Positions 53,692 to 62,910 of a stretch of DNA of 64,000 bases are shown one piece after another. The notes under the pieces are model-generated. The model was not told the DNA's origin. It worked only from the letters and a program-made list of their open reading frames with translations, and ran no database searches. The position numbers and the translations under genes were made by a program. The stretch lies in contig JACPKF010000002.1 in assembly GCA_016187125.1 (NCBI GenBank), positions 1,469-65,468 of the forward strand, given 5' to 3'. Each line of letters starts with the position of its first letter. The stretch's first letter is position 1. Source of the stretch: Candidatus Saccharimonadota bacterium (GTDB lineage Bacteria; Patescibacteriota; Saccharimonadia; Saccharimonadales; UBA10212).

Positions 53692-54891
53692 CTACATAGA
53701 TAGACCTGGATTAACCTCGAGGGAGTACGGATCGGCGGGTTTTTGTTTTATAGCGGCTTTAAAGTAGCCTAAACTGGCTACCATGGCGGCGTTGTCGGTG
53801 CAAAGTTTGATATCAGGGAAAAAGACCGGAGTCTTGGCGAATTTTTTGGCCACTGTTTGGCGCAAAAGCTGATTGGCGGCAACACCGCCGGCGATAACGA
53901 TAGAATTTGGCTGGAATTCTTTCTCAGCTTTCTTTAATGACTCAACCAGTGTTTCAATAGCAATATACTGAAAACTGGCGGCTATATCGGCTTTCTGGGT
54001 CTCATTTAAGGCTTCAGGCAGCTTAGTAGAAGGAAAGGTGTAATCATGACCACTTTGTTCTTGAGCTACTCTTAAAACCGCTGTTTTTAGGCCGGAGAAA
54101 CTAAAAGGATAAGCATTAGTGTGATAGGTTGAACCTATCACATTGTCGAATTTGGCTTTGGGGAACTTAAAAGCGTGAGGATTACCTTTGGTAGCAACTC
54201 TAGCGACGGATTGGCCACCGGGGTAGGGCAGGCCGAGCATTTTGGCTACTTTATCAAAAGCTTCGCCTACGGCATCATCTGTGGTTTGGCCTAAAACTTG
54301 GTAATTCATATGGCTTTTCATCAACACCAGCTGGGTGTGGCCACCGCTCACAATAAGCGCCAGAATAGGAAATTCTGGCTGCTTATTGTTCAAGCTAATA
54401 GCTGTTAGCTGAGAGCTGTTAGCTTTTTCGGTGAGGAAGGCGGCGTAAATGTGGGCCTGGACGTGATCAACAGCATACACGGGTTTGTTTTTGGCAATAG
54501 CTAGAGTCCGGGCCGTTAAAACGCCAATCAGTAAACTGCCAAGCAACCCTGGGCCCTGAGTAACGGCGATAGCATCAATCTGCGACCAAAGGTCGTCAGA
54601 TTGAGGAATTAGCAATTGGGAATTAGCAATTAGCTTTGATTTTTTACTATTTTCTAATTTCTGATTTCTATTTTCTCCGAAAGCATCCCGTAGGGCTTTG
54701 TCTATCACCGGGATGATGCTTTCTATGTGGCTGCGGGCGGCGATTTCTGGCACCACTCCTCCGAAGGCGGCGTGCAGATCTACCGAGCTGGCCACCACAT
54801 TGCTGAGCAGTTTAAGCCTCCGCCGGCCGGCGGATTCAACTACTGCCGCGGCCGTCTCGTCACAACTGGTTTCTATTCCTAAAACCTTCAT
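53692..54891 (-). CDS. tsaD: tRNA N6-adenosine threonylcarbamoyltransferase TsaD with two low-complexity insertions
   Basis: MKVLGIETSCDETAAAVV, VSGGHTQL and GLPYPGG. At 399 aa it is ~60 aa longer than usual. Confidence 0.9.
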   Translation of the reverse strand: MKVLGIETSCDETAAAVVESAGRRRLKLLSNVVASSVDLHAAFGGVVPEIAARSHIESIIPVIDKALRDAFGENRNQKLENSKKSKLIANSQLLIPQSDDLWSQIDAIAVTQGPGLLGSLLIGVLTARTLAIAKNKPVYAVDHVQAHIYAAFLTEKANSSQLTAISLNNKQPEFPILALIVSGGHTQLVLMKSHMNYQVLGQTTDDAVGEAFDKVAKMLGLPYPGGQSVARVATKGNPHAFKFPKAKFDNVIGSTYHTNAYPFSFSGLKTAVLRVAQEQSGHDYTFPSTKLPEALNETQKADIAASFQYIAIETLVESLKKAEKEFQPNSIVIAGGVAANQLLRQTVAKKFAKTPVFFPDIKLCTDNAAMVASLGYFKAAIKQKPADPYSLEVNPGLSM

Positions 54892-54995
54892 AGGTTACAG
54901 GTTACAGGTTAGAGGGGATAGTGTACAGACCAGACAAATATTGCATACTCAATACCTAATACCGCATACTTTATACTGAAGATGAGTTTTAGGCG

Positions 54996-56396
54996 TTGGT
55001 TAACGGGATGAATCCGAAAAAGCTGGCTCGCAAGGTCTTGCCGCGGCGCGGCGTGCGCCTGGCCGAGGAGACCTATCGGAAGGGCAGGGTATATAGCCTC
55101 CAAGCTCTCAACCTATTTCCGGCCAGAGGCCTGCGGGTAATAGGCGTAACCGGAACAAATGGCAAGACTACAACCTGTAATTTTATAAACGAAATGCTGA
55201 AAAACGCCGGCTATAAAACGGCTCTGTACAGCACAGCCATCATAGAAATTGATAGCCAAAAGCGACTTAATGAATCTCACCGGACGGTGCCGTTGACCGC
55301 TGAGCTGATAGGGTTTTTCAAAGATGCCGCTAAAGCCAAGGTGGATTTTGTGGTTATGGAAGTCACCAGTATGGCTCTTGACCAGCATAAAATGATCGGT
55401 ATTCCGGTGGAAGTGGCGGTTATGACAAATCTTAGTCAAGAACACCTTGATTACCACGGGACTATGGAAAATTACGCGGCGGCCAAAGCCCGGTTATTTA
55501 ACAAATATATGCATCCCAAATATGCAGTGCTAAACCGTGACGAGCAGTGGTATGAGTATTTTGCCGGGCAAGCCTCCGGCGAAGTTATTTCTTATGGCAA
55601 AGACCAGGCCAGCTCCGTCAGGATTGTTAATATAAGCCCTACAACTAACGGCAGCGATTTCAGTCTGGAAATTGATGGAAAAAATCTGGATGCTCATAGC
55701 CAATTAGTTGGCGAATTTAATGTTTATAACGCCGCGGCGGCAGCTGCCGCGGGCTTGGCGATTGGCCTAGATAACCAACAAATCACCAGCGGTATTGCAA
55801 CTCTAAAAGGGGTGCCTGGGCGCATGGAAAAAATTGAAGCCGGGCAAGACTTTGAAGTGATTATAGACTACGCTGTTACACCCGACGCTCTAGCCAAAGC
55901 CCTGCAAGCTACAGCTCAAACCACAAAGGGCCCTCCATCGCCACCTCCTTCGCTGAAGCTACGAAGATCAAGAAAGCTTCCTCCTTCGCAAGTGCTTCGG
56001 AGGACAAGAAGGCTAGGGAGGGCAGGCAGGGTAATAGTTGTTTTTGGCGCGACGGGAGACCGTGATAAGTCTAAGCGGCCGCTTATGGGTGAAGTGGCTG
56101 CCAAATATGCTGATCGGATTTTTTTAACTGATGACGAAACCTATAGCGAAGATCCGGCCGCTATCCGCCGGGCCGTCTATGAGGGCATTTTGGCAGCTGG
56201 TGGCGCCACAAAAACCACCGAAATTGGCGATCGCCGCCGGGCGATTAAAGCCGCTTTTAATGACGCCAAACCAGGCGACACCGTGCTGCTAACTGGTATA
56301 GGCCATCAAACGACTCGCAATATGGGCGGGCACGAGGAGCCCTGGAATGAGCACGAAGTTGCCAAAGAGCTATTGAGCCAATTAACTAAAACCTAA
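54996..56396 (+). CDS. murE: UDP-N-acetylmuramoyl-L-alanyl-D-glutamate ligase (MurE) with a repeat-derived insertion
   Basis: GVTGTNGKTTT, DYAVTPDAL and VFGATGDRDKSKRP. The amino-acid substrate (DAP or Lys) cannot be told by eye. Confidence 0.85.
   Translation: MVNGMNPKKLARKVLPRRGVRLAEETYRKGRVYSLQALNLFPARGLRVIGVTGTNGKTTTCNFINEMLKNAGYKTALYSTAIIEIDSQKRLNESHRTVPLTAELIGFFKDAAKAKVDFVVMEVTSMALDQHKMIGIPVEVAVMTNLSQEHLDYHGTMENYAAAKARLFNKYMHPKYAVLNRDEQWYEYFAGQASGEVISYGKDQASSVRIVNISPTTNGSDFSLEIDGKNLDAHSQLVGEFNVYNAAAAAAAGLAIGLDNQQITSGIATLKGVPGRMEKIEAGQDFEVIIDYAVTPDALAKALQATAQTTKGPPSPPPSLKLRRSRKLPPSQVLRRTRRLGRAGRVIVVFGATGDRDKSKRPLMGEVAAKYADRIFLTDDETYSEDPAAIRRAVYEGILAAGGATKTTEIGDRRRAIKAAFNDAKPGDTVLLTGIGHQTTRNMGGHEEPWNEHEVAKELLSQLTKT
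55939..56029. repeat. dispersed repeat copy inside the murE coding sequence (paralog of 42581..42695)
   Basis: Shared blocks are ctccttcgctgaagctacgaagatcaag[a/g]aagcttcctccttcgcaa[g/a]tgcttcggag and caagaaggct...ggcaggcag. In murE it is translated as a basic/Pro-rich segment (PPSLKLRRSRKLPPSQVLRRTRRLGRAG). Confidence 0.75.
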
Positions 56397-56442
56397 CTAA
56401 GACTGCGTTGCAAATTGGATTAAACTGTGATATAATACATAC

Positions 56443-57117
56443 GTGAAAAAAGGCCCCGGCGAACATCAAGCTCCTCCCCCCTTAGACCCAGGCGATTTAT
56501 CGGCAGGTCACTTTGAATCTGTCTTCGAACATTACTTACCCCCAGGGGCTATATACCGTATTTCCCGACGAGGCTATGAATTCGTTACTATAGATCCTAC
56601 AGTTCCCTATCCAGATTCGAGAGCTCTATCCGGGCCGGTAAGAGAACTTTTGCTTGATGAAGAGTCCTTACCAAGTGATCTAAGGACTTTTCGACTGCCC
56701 CCAAACACCATACTGATGGGCATGGCTCTTAATGAAGCAGCTGGTACTCAAGCCCAAACTGGGCGAATATTAAGACACCAAAGGGATAAACCACTGGATC
56801 TACTATTTAGAACTTTCGGAGCTATGTTTAGCCAAATTGGAGATGCTTTGAATCAGGGTTATACATTTAGCGGTCTTGATTATCGTCAAGTATTAGTGCA
56901 AAAGGATGTGCTTAAAGTAAGGTTGCTTCCGCCGCTAGAAGTGACAACTTTACCAGCTGAAGCAAGTGTGGCGTCTGAGGAGCAGCGTCTGGCTGATGGT
57001 TTTGTGGAAAGCCTACAAAGGGGCATTAAAACCCCTAGTGATTATGCGTTATACTCAAGGCTTAAAAGCCGGCTTGACGAGGTAATAAGGCAATCACTAG
57101 AGAAGGCCCGCAAATGA
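56443..57117 (+). CDS. hypothetical protein, translationally coupled to the downstream kinase-like gene
   Basis: 224-aa ORF with a 4-nt overlap with the next gene. Confidence 0.5.
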   Translation: MKKGPGEHQAPPPLDPGDLSAGHFESVFEHYLPPGAIYRISRRGYEFVTIDPTVPYPDSRALSGPVRELLLDEESLPSDLRTFRLPPNTILMGMALNEAAGTQAQTGRILRHQRDKPLDLLFRTFGAMFSQIGDALNQGYTFSGLDYRQVLVQKDVLKVRLLPPLEVTTLPAEASVASEEQRLADGFVESLQRGIKTPSDYALYSRLKSRLDEVIRQSLEKARK

Positions 57118-57923
57118 CCAACAGATTAAGGAAAAAAGTAGTTCCAGAATCAACACATAACGAACGTTATGCGGCTTTGAATCCTCAGTTTACTCCGCTG
57201 CCTGGATTAGCGCTCGGTGCAACTGATTCGGCACACGGTGTCTTTTTCGGCCGCGAAAATGGGCGGGATGTTGCCGTCAAGCCATACGTTAACGGGGATG
57301 ACCCGCATGGTAAAGCCGAGCACGAACGTAGAATGTACGATATTACGGCTGGGCTAGGTTTTCTTACTCTCAAGCCTGTCAAAGTTATTTTTGACGGAAC
57401 TCGACACGCATATTTAGTAACCGAACATGACCCAAACCTAGTTTCATTGCTTTCGGTTTCTCCGGGCTCCCAGGGCTACTTCGGTCTTATCCGCGGAGCT
57501 GCGGCCACGCTCGGTCGTTTTCATAGTGCTGGCATGATTCATGGCGATGCTCAAGTTAAGAACTTTGGTGCTAATAGAGGTCAAGTTGAGGAAGGCCTTC
57601 CCGGCCAAACGATGATTTTTGATTTTGAACGAACAGGGCCAACTGAAAGTGTTAGTGATCATCGTACCCACTCTTATGACCTTGGCAAACTATCCGAGTC
57701 TTTGGCTTTCACAAACTTTGGCAATACTTATAATCTCGATTTGGCTAGCGCTGCTCTCGAACATCACGTGCTTGATCCCTGGGGCGAGCAAGCTAGAGTT
57801 ACTATCCCACAAAAAGAGATTGATAGAGCAAAAGCCGAAGCTTACACGAGGTTTATTGACCGCTTTACAGCCCGCTTGCGCGAAGGCAGACATACTTCCA
57901 GGCGCCACAACCGCGCAGCATAA
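57114..57923 (+). CDS. protein-kinase-like fold protein (Kdo/WaaP/RIO/APH-like)
   Basis: VAVKPY (VAIK-like Lys), catalytic MIHGDAQVKNF (HGDxxxxN) and IFDFERTG (DFG-like). Confidence 0.55.
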   Translation: MTNRLRKKVVPESTHNERYAALNPQFTPLPGLALGATDSAHGVFFGRENGRDVAVKPYVNGDDPHGKAEHERRMYDITAGLGFLTLKPVKVIFDGTRHAYLVTEHDPNLVSLLSVSPGSQGYFGLIRGAAATLGRFHSAGMIHGDAQVKNFGANRGQVEEGLPGQTMIFDFERTGPTESVSDHRTHSYDLGKLSESLAFTNFGNTYNLDLASAALEHHVLDPWGEQARVTIPQKEIDRAKAEAYTRFIDRFTARLREGRHTSRRHNRAA

Positions 57924-58047
57924 TTGTGAGAAATATTCTTGACGAGAAGTTGGCACTCGGGTATTATGAGTGCTAATAATAGCTAATAGCCCATAGCTCT
58001 TAGCCGATAGCTAACCGCTAATCGCTATAAGCTACCAGCTGGAGAGA

Positions 58048-58329
58048 GTGAAAGGAGTGATTATGACAGTTCAATTGCAGCCCTTGGCTGATTGGGTGGT
58101 TGCCGAGCAAGAAGAAGCCGTTACTAAAACCGCTAGCGGCCTATATTTGCCCGACAAAGCGGCTGAAAAGCCCAAGATCGCCAAAGTTTTGAAGGTCGGT
58201 AATAAAGTCAAAGACGTTAAAGCCGGCGATAGAATTGTTTACAAAAGTTACAGCACGACTGAACTGAAAATCAACGGCACTGAATATGTGCTGGTTAAAG
58301 AGGAAGACGTGCTAGCTACTGTTAAGTAG
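58048..58329 (+). CDS. groES: co-chaperonin GroES
   Basis: LQPLADWVVAEQEE...TASGLYLPD...GDRIVY. The likely start is the ATG at 58063, behind AAAGGAG. Confidence 0.9.
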   Translation: MKGVIMTVQLQPLADWVVAEQEEAVTKTASGLYLPDKAAEKPKIAKVLKVGNKVKDVKAGDRIVYKSYSTTELKINGTEYVLVKEEDVLATVK

Positions 58330-58459
58330 CCCATTAACCATGATCCATTCACCATTTACCTTGCATTATCAATCAACCATTAACGGTGAACGGAACACGG
58401 AACATGCACGGAAAACGGTGAACAGTGAACGGTAAAAGTTAACAACGAAGGAGTTATAG

Positions 58460-60100
58460 ATGGCCAAGAAAGTTTTTTATGATGATGACGCCCGCCGCCG
58501 AGTGCTAGGCGGAGCCGAGATTTTATATAACGCTGTAAGAACAACCATGGGGCCCAAGGGTCGCAATGTGGTTATCAGCAAGAGTTATGGCAATCCCACT
58601 GTTACGCACGACGGCGTGGCTGTGGCCAAGGGCGTAGAATTGGACGATGTTGATGATGAGACATTAGGCTATAAAGTTGGCGCCGAGCTAATCAAACAAG
58701 CCGCCAGCAAGATGAATGATGTAGCCGGCGACGGTACGACAACCGTAACGATCTTGACTTATCACATTTTGAACGAGGCCAATAAACTGATCGCCGCCGG
58801 CCACAACCCGATGTTGCTTAGAAAAGGCCTGGAAGCCGCGGCCCACGATGTACTGGCCAAGCTCGGCGGCCTGAGTGAAAATATTGCTAGCAAACCAAAA
58901 CGGGTAGCCGAGGTAGCCACAATTTCGGCCGGTGATCCAGAAATTGGCGAACTGATAGCCGGCGTTATGGCTAGTGTCGGCAAAGACGGCGTGGTAACGG
59001 TAGAAGAAGGCCAGGGTCTAGCACTGGAAAGCGAAGTAGTCGAAGGCTTTACCATGGACCGCGGTTACGTCAGCCCCTATATGGTGACTGATACTGCCCG
59101 CATGGAAGCGATTTACGATAAACCGGCCATTCTGATCACCGACCAAAAAATCGCTGCCATTGCCGAATTTTTGCCGATGCTGGAAAAACTGGCTACTGCT
59201 GGCAAAAAAGATTTAGTTTTGATCGCCGACGAAGTTGAGGGCGAGGCTCTTGGCACGCTGATCCTTAACCGTCTAAAGGGAGTGTTTAATACTGTGGCCA
59301 TCAAGGCTCCGGCTTTTGGTGATCGCCGCAAGGAAATTCTGGAAGATATTGCCATTTTGACCGGTGGGGAAGTCATTAGCGAAGAAACCGGCATGACGTT
59401 TGAAAACGCTGATGTTTCGGTGGTTGGCTCGGCCCGCAAAGTAATTGCCACCAAGGATGAAACCACTATTATTGAAGGCGGCGGTTCCGCGGCAGCAATA
59501 AGAGCGCGCATCGAACAAATTAATAAGCAGATCGAAGCTGCGACTTCCGAGTATGATAAAGAAAACCTAGAAAAAAGGCGGGCGGCGCTGTCTGGCAAAG
59601 TGGCCGTTATTAAAGTCGGCGGCGCTACCGAGACCGAAATTGAAGAAAAGAAATTCCGGGTTGATGATGCCGTAGCCTCTGTTAAATCGGCGCTTGATGA
59701 GGGAGTGGTACCAGGCGGCGGCCTGACTTTAGTTGACCTTTCCAAACTTGTAAAAACCGGAGGCAGTGATTCGGTCTCAGCCGGCGCCGGAATTTTAAAA
59801 AATGCTTTGCTGGAACCGTTCAAGCAATTAATGGCCAATGCTGGCCTTAACGCCGAAGCCAAATTAGAAAAGTTACTGGAAGGCGGCAAGGGCCTGGGCT
59901 TTGATGTCAATAATCCCGACCAGCTGGTGAACCTTAAAGAGGCCGGCATAGTAGACCCAACCCGAGTAGTTAAAGAAGCGATCCAAAACGCTGTTTCTAT
60001 CGCCGGCACGGCTATGACCATGGGCGCCTTAGTAAACGACGTACCCGAAAAATCTGCCCCAATGCCCGGCGGAGCGCCGGACATGAGCGGCATGATGTAA
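58460..60100 (+). CDS. groEL: chaperonin GroEL
   Basis: AKKVFYDDDARRRVLGG...GPKGRNVV...AGDGTTT, with a C-terminal GGAPDMSGMM tail. Confidence 0.95.
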   Translation: MAKKVFYDDDARRRVLGGAEILYNAVRTTMGPKGRNVVISKSYGNPTVTHDGVAVAKGVELDDVDDETLGYKVGAELIKQAASKMNDVAGDGTTTVTILTYHILNEANKLIAAGHNPMLLRKGLEAAAHDVLAKLGGLSENIASKPKRVAEVATISAGDPEIGELIAGVMASVGKDGVVTVEEGQGLALESEVVEGFTMDRGYVSPYMVTDTARMEAIYDKPAILITDQKIAAIAEFLPMLEKLATAGKKDLVLIADEVEGEALGTLILNRLKGVFNTVAIKAPAFGDRRKEILEDIAILTGGEVISEETGMTFENADVSVVGSARKVIATKDETTIIEGGGSAAAIRARIEQINKQIEAATSEYDKENLEKRRAALSGKVAVIKVGGATETEIEEKKFRVDDAVASVKSALDEGVVPGGGLTLVDLSKLVKTGGSDSVSAGAGILKNALLEPFKQLMANAGLNAEAKLEKLLEGGKGLGFDVNNPDQLVNLKEAGIVDPTRVVKEAIQNAVSIAGTAMTMGALVNDVPEKSAPMPGGAPDMSGMM

Positions 60101-60403
60101 GAAACTTTTGCCACCTTTACCGCAAAGCTGGCGCCAAACTCTCGGACATTCGTAAACGAGACGGTTACCCAAGTCTCTAAATAAGTGAGCCTCGGCAACT
60201 CTTCGCCTTTGGCGAATCAAACACTCCTCGGCTCGGCTTATTTCTCAACTTTCACTCCCTCTGTTTTCTCGAGTCCGAACTATAAGCTCAAAGCTGCAGC
60301 AAAAAAGGAAGCGAGTTGAATACTGATTCAATTATGGTATAATTGGTTAAGTTTATTCGCCCTAAATTTCGCCGAAATTTAGGGCGGACGAAGGAGGAGT
60401 TTT

Positions 60404-60913
60404 ATGGAGCCAGACAAGAAACCGGAAGTTAAGACTGAAACAGTCGAAACCTCAAAAACTGAACCTATCACCACGGCGCCCGTAATTCCGCCGCCAGTGG
60501 TTCATGAATTCCACGAAAAGCCGGGCCGGCGATGGCCAATAGTCGTAGCCTATTTATTGGCGGCTCTGATAGTAGCGGTAATCGTGGTCTATCTGGCCAG
60601 ATGGATTTATCATAAAACTACTCATCAAACCACCAAACCAGTTCCTGCGGCTAATACTAGTAAAGTTCCGGAAGCGCCGGTGACTACGGTTACTCCCAAT
60701 CAAACCCCCTCGTCTGCGACAACTCCTAGTTCTGGTACTAGTCCGGACTCCAGCTCAGGCGCAGTTGCCAATCAAAATCAAACCCCGCAATCTGGAGCTA
60801 ACGGACAACTGCCCAACAGCGGTCCTGGCGACGTGGTAGCCATATTTTTGGGTGTCAGTCTGATATTCGGTGGCTTACACTATTTGCTTAGTTTACGTCG
60901 CTCGCGGGTCTAG
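60404..60913 (+). CDS. small Thr/Ser/Pro-rich surface protein with a C-terminal LPxTG-like sorting signal
   Basis: The C-terminus has LPNSG, then a hydrophobic segment (DVVAIFLGVSLIFGGLHYLLSL), then RRSRV. An N-terminal TM anchor is also present. Confidence 0.55.
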   Translation: MEPDKKPEVKTETVETSKTEPITTAPVIPPPVVHEFHEKPGRRWPIVVAYLLAALIVAVIVVYLARWIYHKTTHQTTKPVPAANTSKVPEAPVTTVTPNQTPSSATTPSSGTSPDSSSGAVANQNQTPQSGANGQLPNSGPGDVVAIFLGVSLIFGGLHYLLSLRRSRV

Positions 60914-61116
60914 CACGCACATACCCATTTACCGATTTTTCATTTAACAAATTAATTATCAATTTTCATTTGCCAAACTTTTAAAAAATGGTCAATGGTA
61001 AATAATTAGTAAATTGTTAAATGGTAAATTTGCAACCTTCGCCCGGCCGTCGTAGCCAGGGCTACTATGGCGGAGTCGGCTAGCCGTATTACGGCTAAGT
61101 AGGCTAAAATTAAATC

Positions 61117-62160
61117 ATGCTAGATGATCTCAAATACATACATCAAAAGGACTCGCAGGACGCTTTGGGAATTGCCCAGCGACAATGGCAACAACTCGAA
61201 CACAAATTTGAGGTGACAGGTGACAGCTTACAGGTGACAGGTGGATTCTCTAGCGTCGTGTATGCGGGTATGGGTGGGTCCGCCTTAGCAGCCCTTTTAA
61301 GTAAAAGTTGGCCGGGTTATAGTGTGCCGCTTGAAGTTTGCCGCCAGTATCATGTCCCGGCTTACGTTTCGCTGGGGACGCTATTTATAGCTGCCAGTTA
61401 TTCTGGCAATACCGAAGAAACATTGTCGGCTCTGGCGGAAGCTCAAGGCAAAGGCGCGACGATTGTGGTAATCGCCAGTGGTGGCCAGCTGCAAGAAATC
61501 GCTAAGGCTAAAAGCTATCCATTTATGATGATTCCTAAAGTTGAGCAGCCGCGCTATGCTGTTTTGTATAACCTCAAGGCGCTGGTTACGATTTTGGAGG
61601 CGGCTAGTTTGCTTGAGAAAGAGCAGGCCAGTGCGGCTATTACCCAGGCGGCCAATTTTTTGAAAGACAAAGTCACCGCCTGGATCGCCACTGTCCCAAC
61701 TAAGGACAACCCCGCCAAAAAATTGGCCGAGGATTTAGCAGGCAAGTCGGTAGTAATTTACGGCGGTCCGCTGCTGGCGCCGGTAGCTTATAAATGGAAG
61801 ATAAATTTTAACGAGAATGCCAAAAACGTGGCCTGGTGGAATGAATTTCCGGAATTTAACCATAACGAAATGATTGGCTGGAGCAGCCACCCGGTAGAAA
61901 AACCTTACGGAATTGTGGAGCTGCGCAGCAATTTAGAACATAAACGAGTTCAGCGCCGGTTTGAAGTAAGCGCCAAGCTACTTTCTGGCCGCCGCCCCGC
62001 ACCGTATATAGTTCAAGTTGAAGGCAACACTCTGCTGGAGCAACTGCTGTGGGCTTTGGCTTACGGAGATTTTGTCAGTATTTATTTAGGCATCCTGAAT
62101 GGACTTAATCCGGCGCCAGTTGAACTGGTCGAAAAATTCAAAACCGAACTTAACAAATAA
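61117..62160 (+). CDS. bifunctional phosphoglucose/phosphomannose isomerase (SIS-domain PGI/PMI)
   Basis: SYSGNTEETL, and NEFPEFNHNEMIGW is characteristic of the PGI/PMI family. Confidence 0.8.
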   Translation: MLDDLKYIHQKDSQDALGIAQRQWQQLEHKFEVTGDSLQVTGGFSSVVYAGMGGSALAALLSKSWPGYSVPLEVCRQYHVPAYVSLGTLFIAASYSGNTEETLSALAEAQGKGATIVVIASGGQLQEIAKAKSYPFMMIPKVEQPRYAVLYNLKALVTILEAASLLEKEQASAAITQAANFLKDKVTAWIATVPTKDNPAKKLAEDLAGKSVVIYGGPLLAPVAYKWKINFNENAKNVAWWNEFPEFNHNEMIGWSSHPVEKPYGIVELRSNLEHKRVQRRFEVSAKLLSGRRPAPYIVQVEGNTLLEQLLWALAYGDFVSIYLGILNGLNPAPVELVEKFKTELNK

Positions 62161-62162
62161 TT

Positions 62163-62909
62163 ATGTTTGACTGGCTGTATTTTCATGCTACTCACTTCAA
62201 GAAGCACCCCCTGGATTCCCACTATGAACCAAAGCAGGCGATCACTAAACGTTATTTTGTAAGTCACCCTAGCAATCAAAAACTAGCCGTCATTTTTCCT
62301 AATTGGCATCCGAGCGGAAAAATCTATAAAGTTCTACGCAAACGCCTCCACAGACGAGGCTGGACAGTTTTATATTACGAATTTCACTCTCAAATATTGA
62401 TGGCTAACGAGCAGCTAGTTATTCGGTCTATGCAACATATCCAAAAAACTGTTGCGGCTGAGCTATGTGAGCTTTCTGACAAAAACAGGTACCGAAATAT
62501 ACACCTGATTGGTCTAAGCCTGGGGAATGTTCCACTAACCATGGTCTCTGATAATTTTTCTGACTTTAGCGGAGCGACTTTGGTTGTGCCTGGTGATGAC
62601 CTGGCGGTTGATACTTGGCATAGCAACGTAACACAAGATATAAGAAAGTCTTTTGAAGATAATCATGTTGGAATAACAAAGCTAGATACCGACTGGAAAA
62701 ATGAAGCGCCCCGGGATTATGTCCGTAACTTTACCAATAAACCCGTCACCATTTTTATGTCTTTAAACGATAAAGTTATACGAACGCGGTATCAGAGAAA
62801 AATGGTCGAATTGATTACAAAATCGCGGGCGCGGGTGGATCTTAAAACCAGCCGGCTTGGTCACGTTCTAACTATTGTTCGATTTTGTTTAGCGGGTCCT
62901 TTGCCCTAG
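62163..62909 (+). CDS. alpha/beta hydrolase-fold protein
   Basis: Nucleophile elbow HLIGLSLGN (GxSxG). Confidence 0.5.
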   Translation: MFDWLYFHATHFKKHPLDSHYEPKQAITKRYFVSHPSNQKLAVIFPNWHPSGKIYKVLRKRLHRRGWTVLYYEFHSQILMANEQLVIRSMQHIQKTVAAELCELSDKNRYRNIHLIGLSLGNVPLTMVSDNFSDFSGATLVVPGDDLAVDTWHSNVTQDIRKSFEDNHVGITKLDTDWKNEAPRDYVRNFTNKPVTIFMSLNDKVIRTRYQRKMVELITKSRARVDLKTSRLGHVLTIVRFCLAGPLP

Positions 62910-62910
62910 C

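Noticed and set aside
59113-60198. 361-aa ORF antisense to groEL
   Set aside because: It lies entirely within the well-supported groEL reading frame on the opposite strand. Its translation is a low-complexity Ala/Ser/Pro string typical of antisense frames of GC-biased codons.
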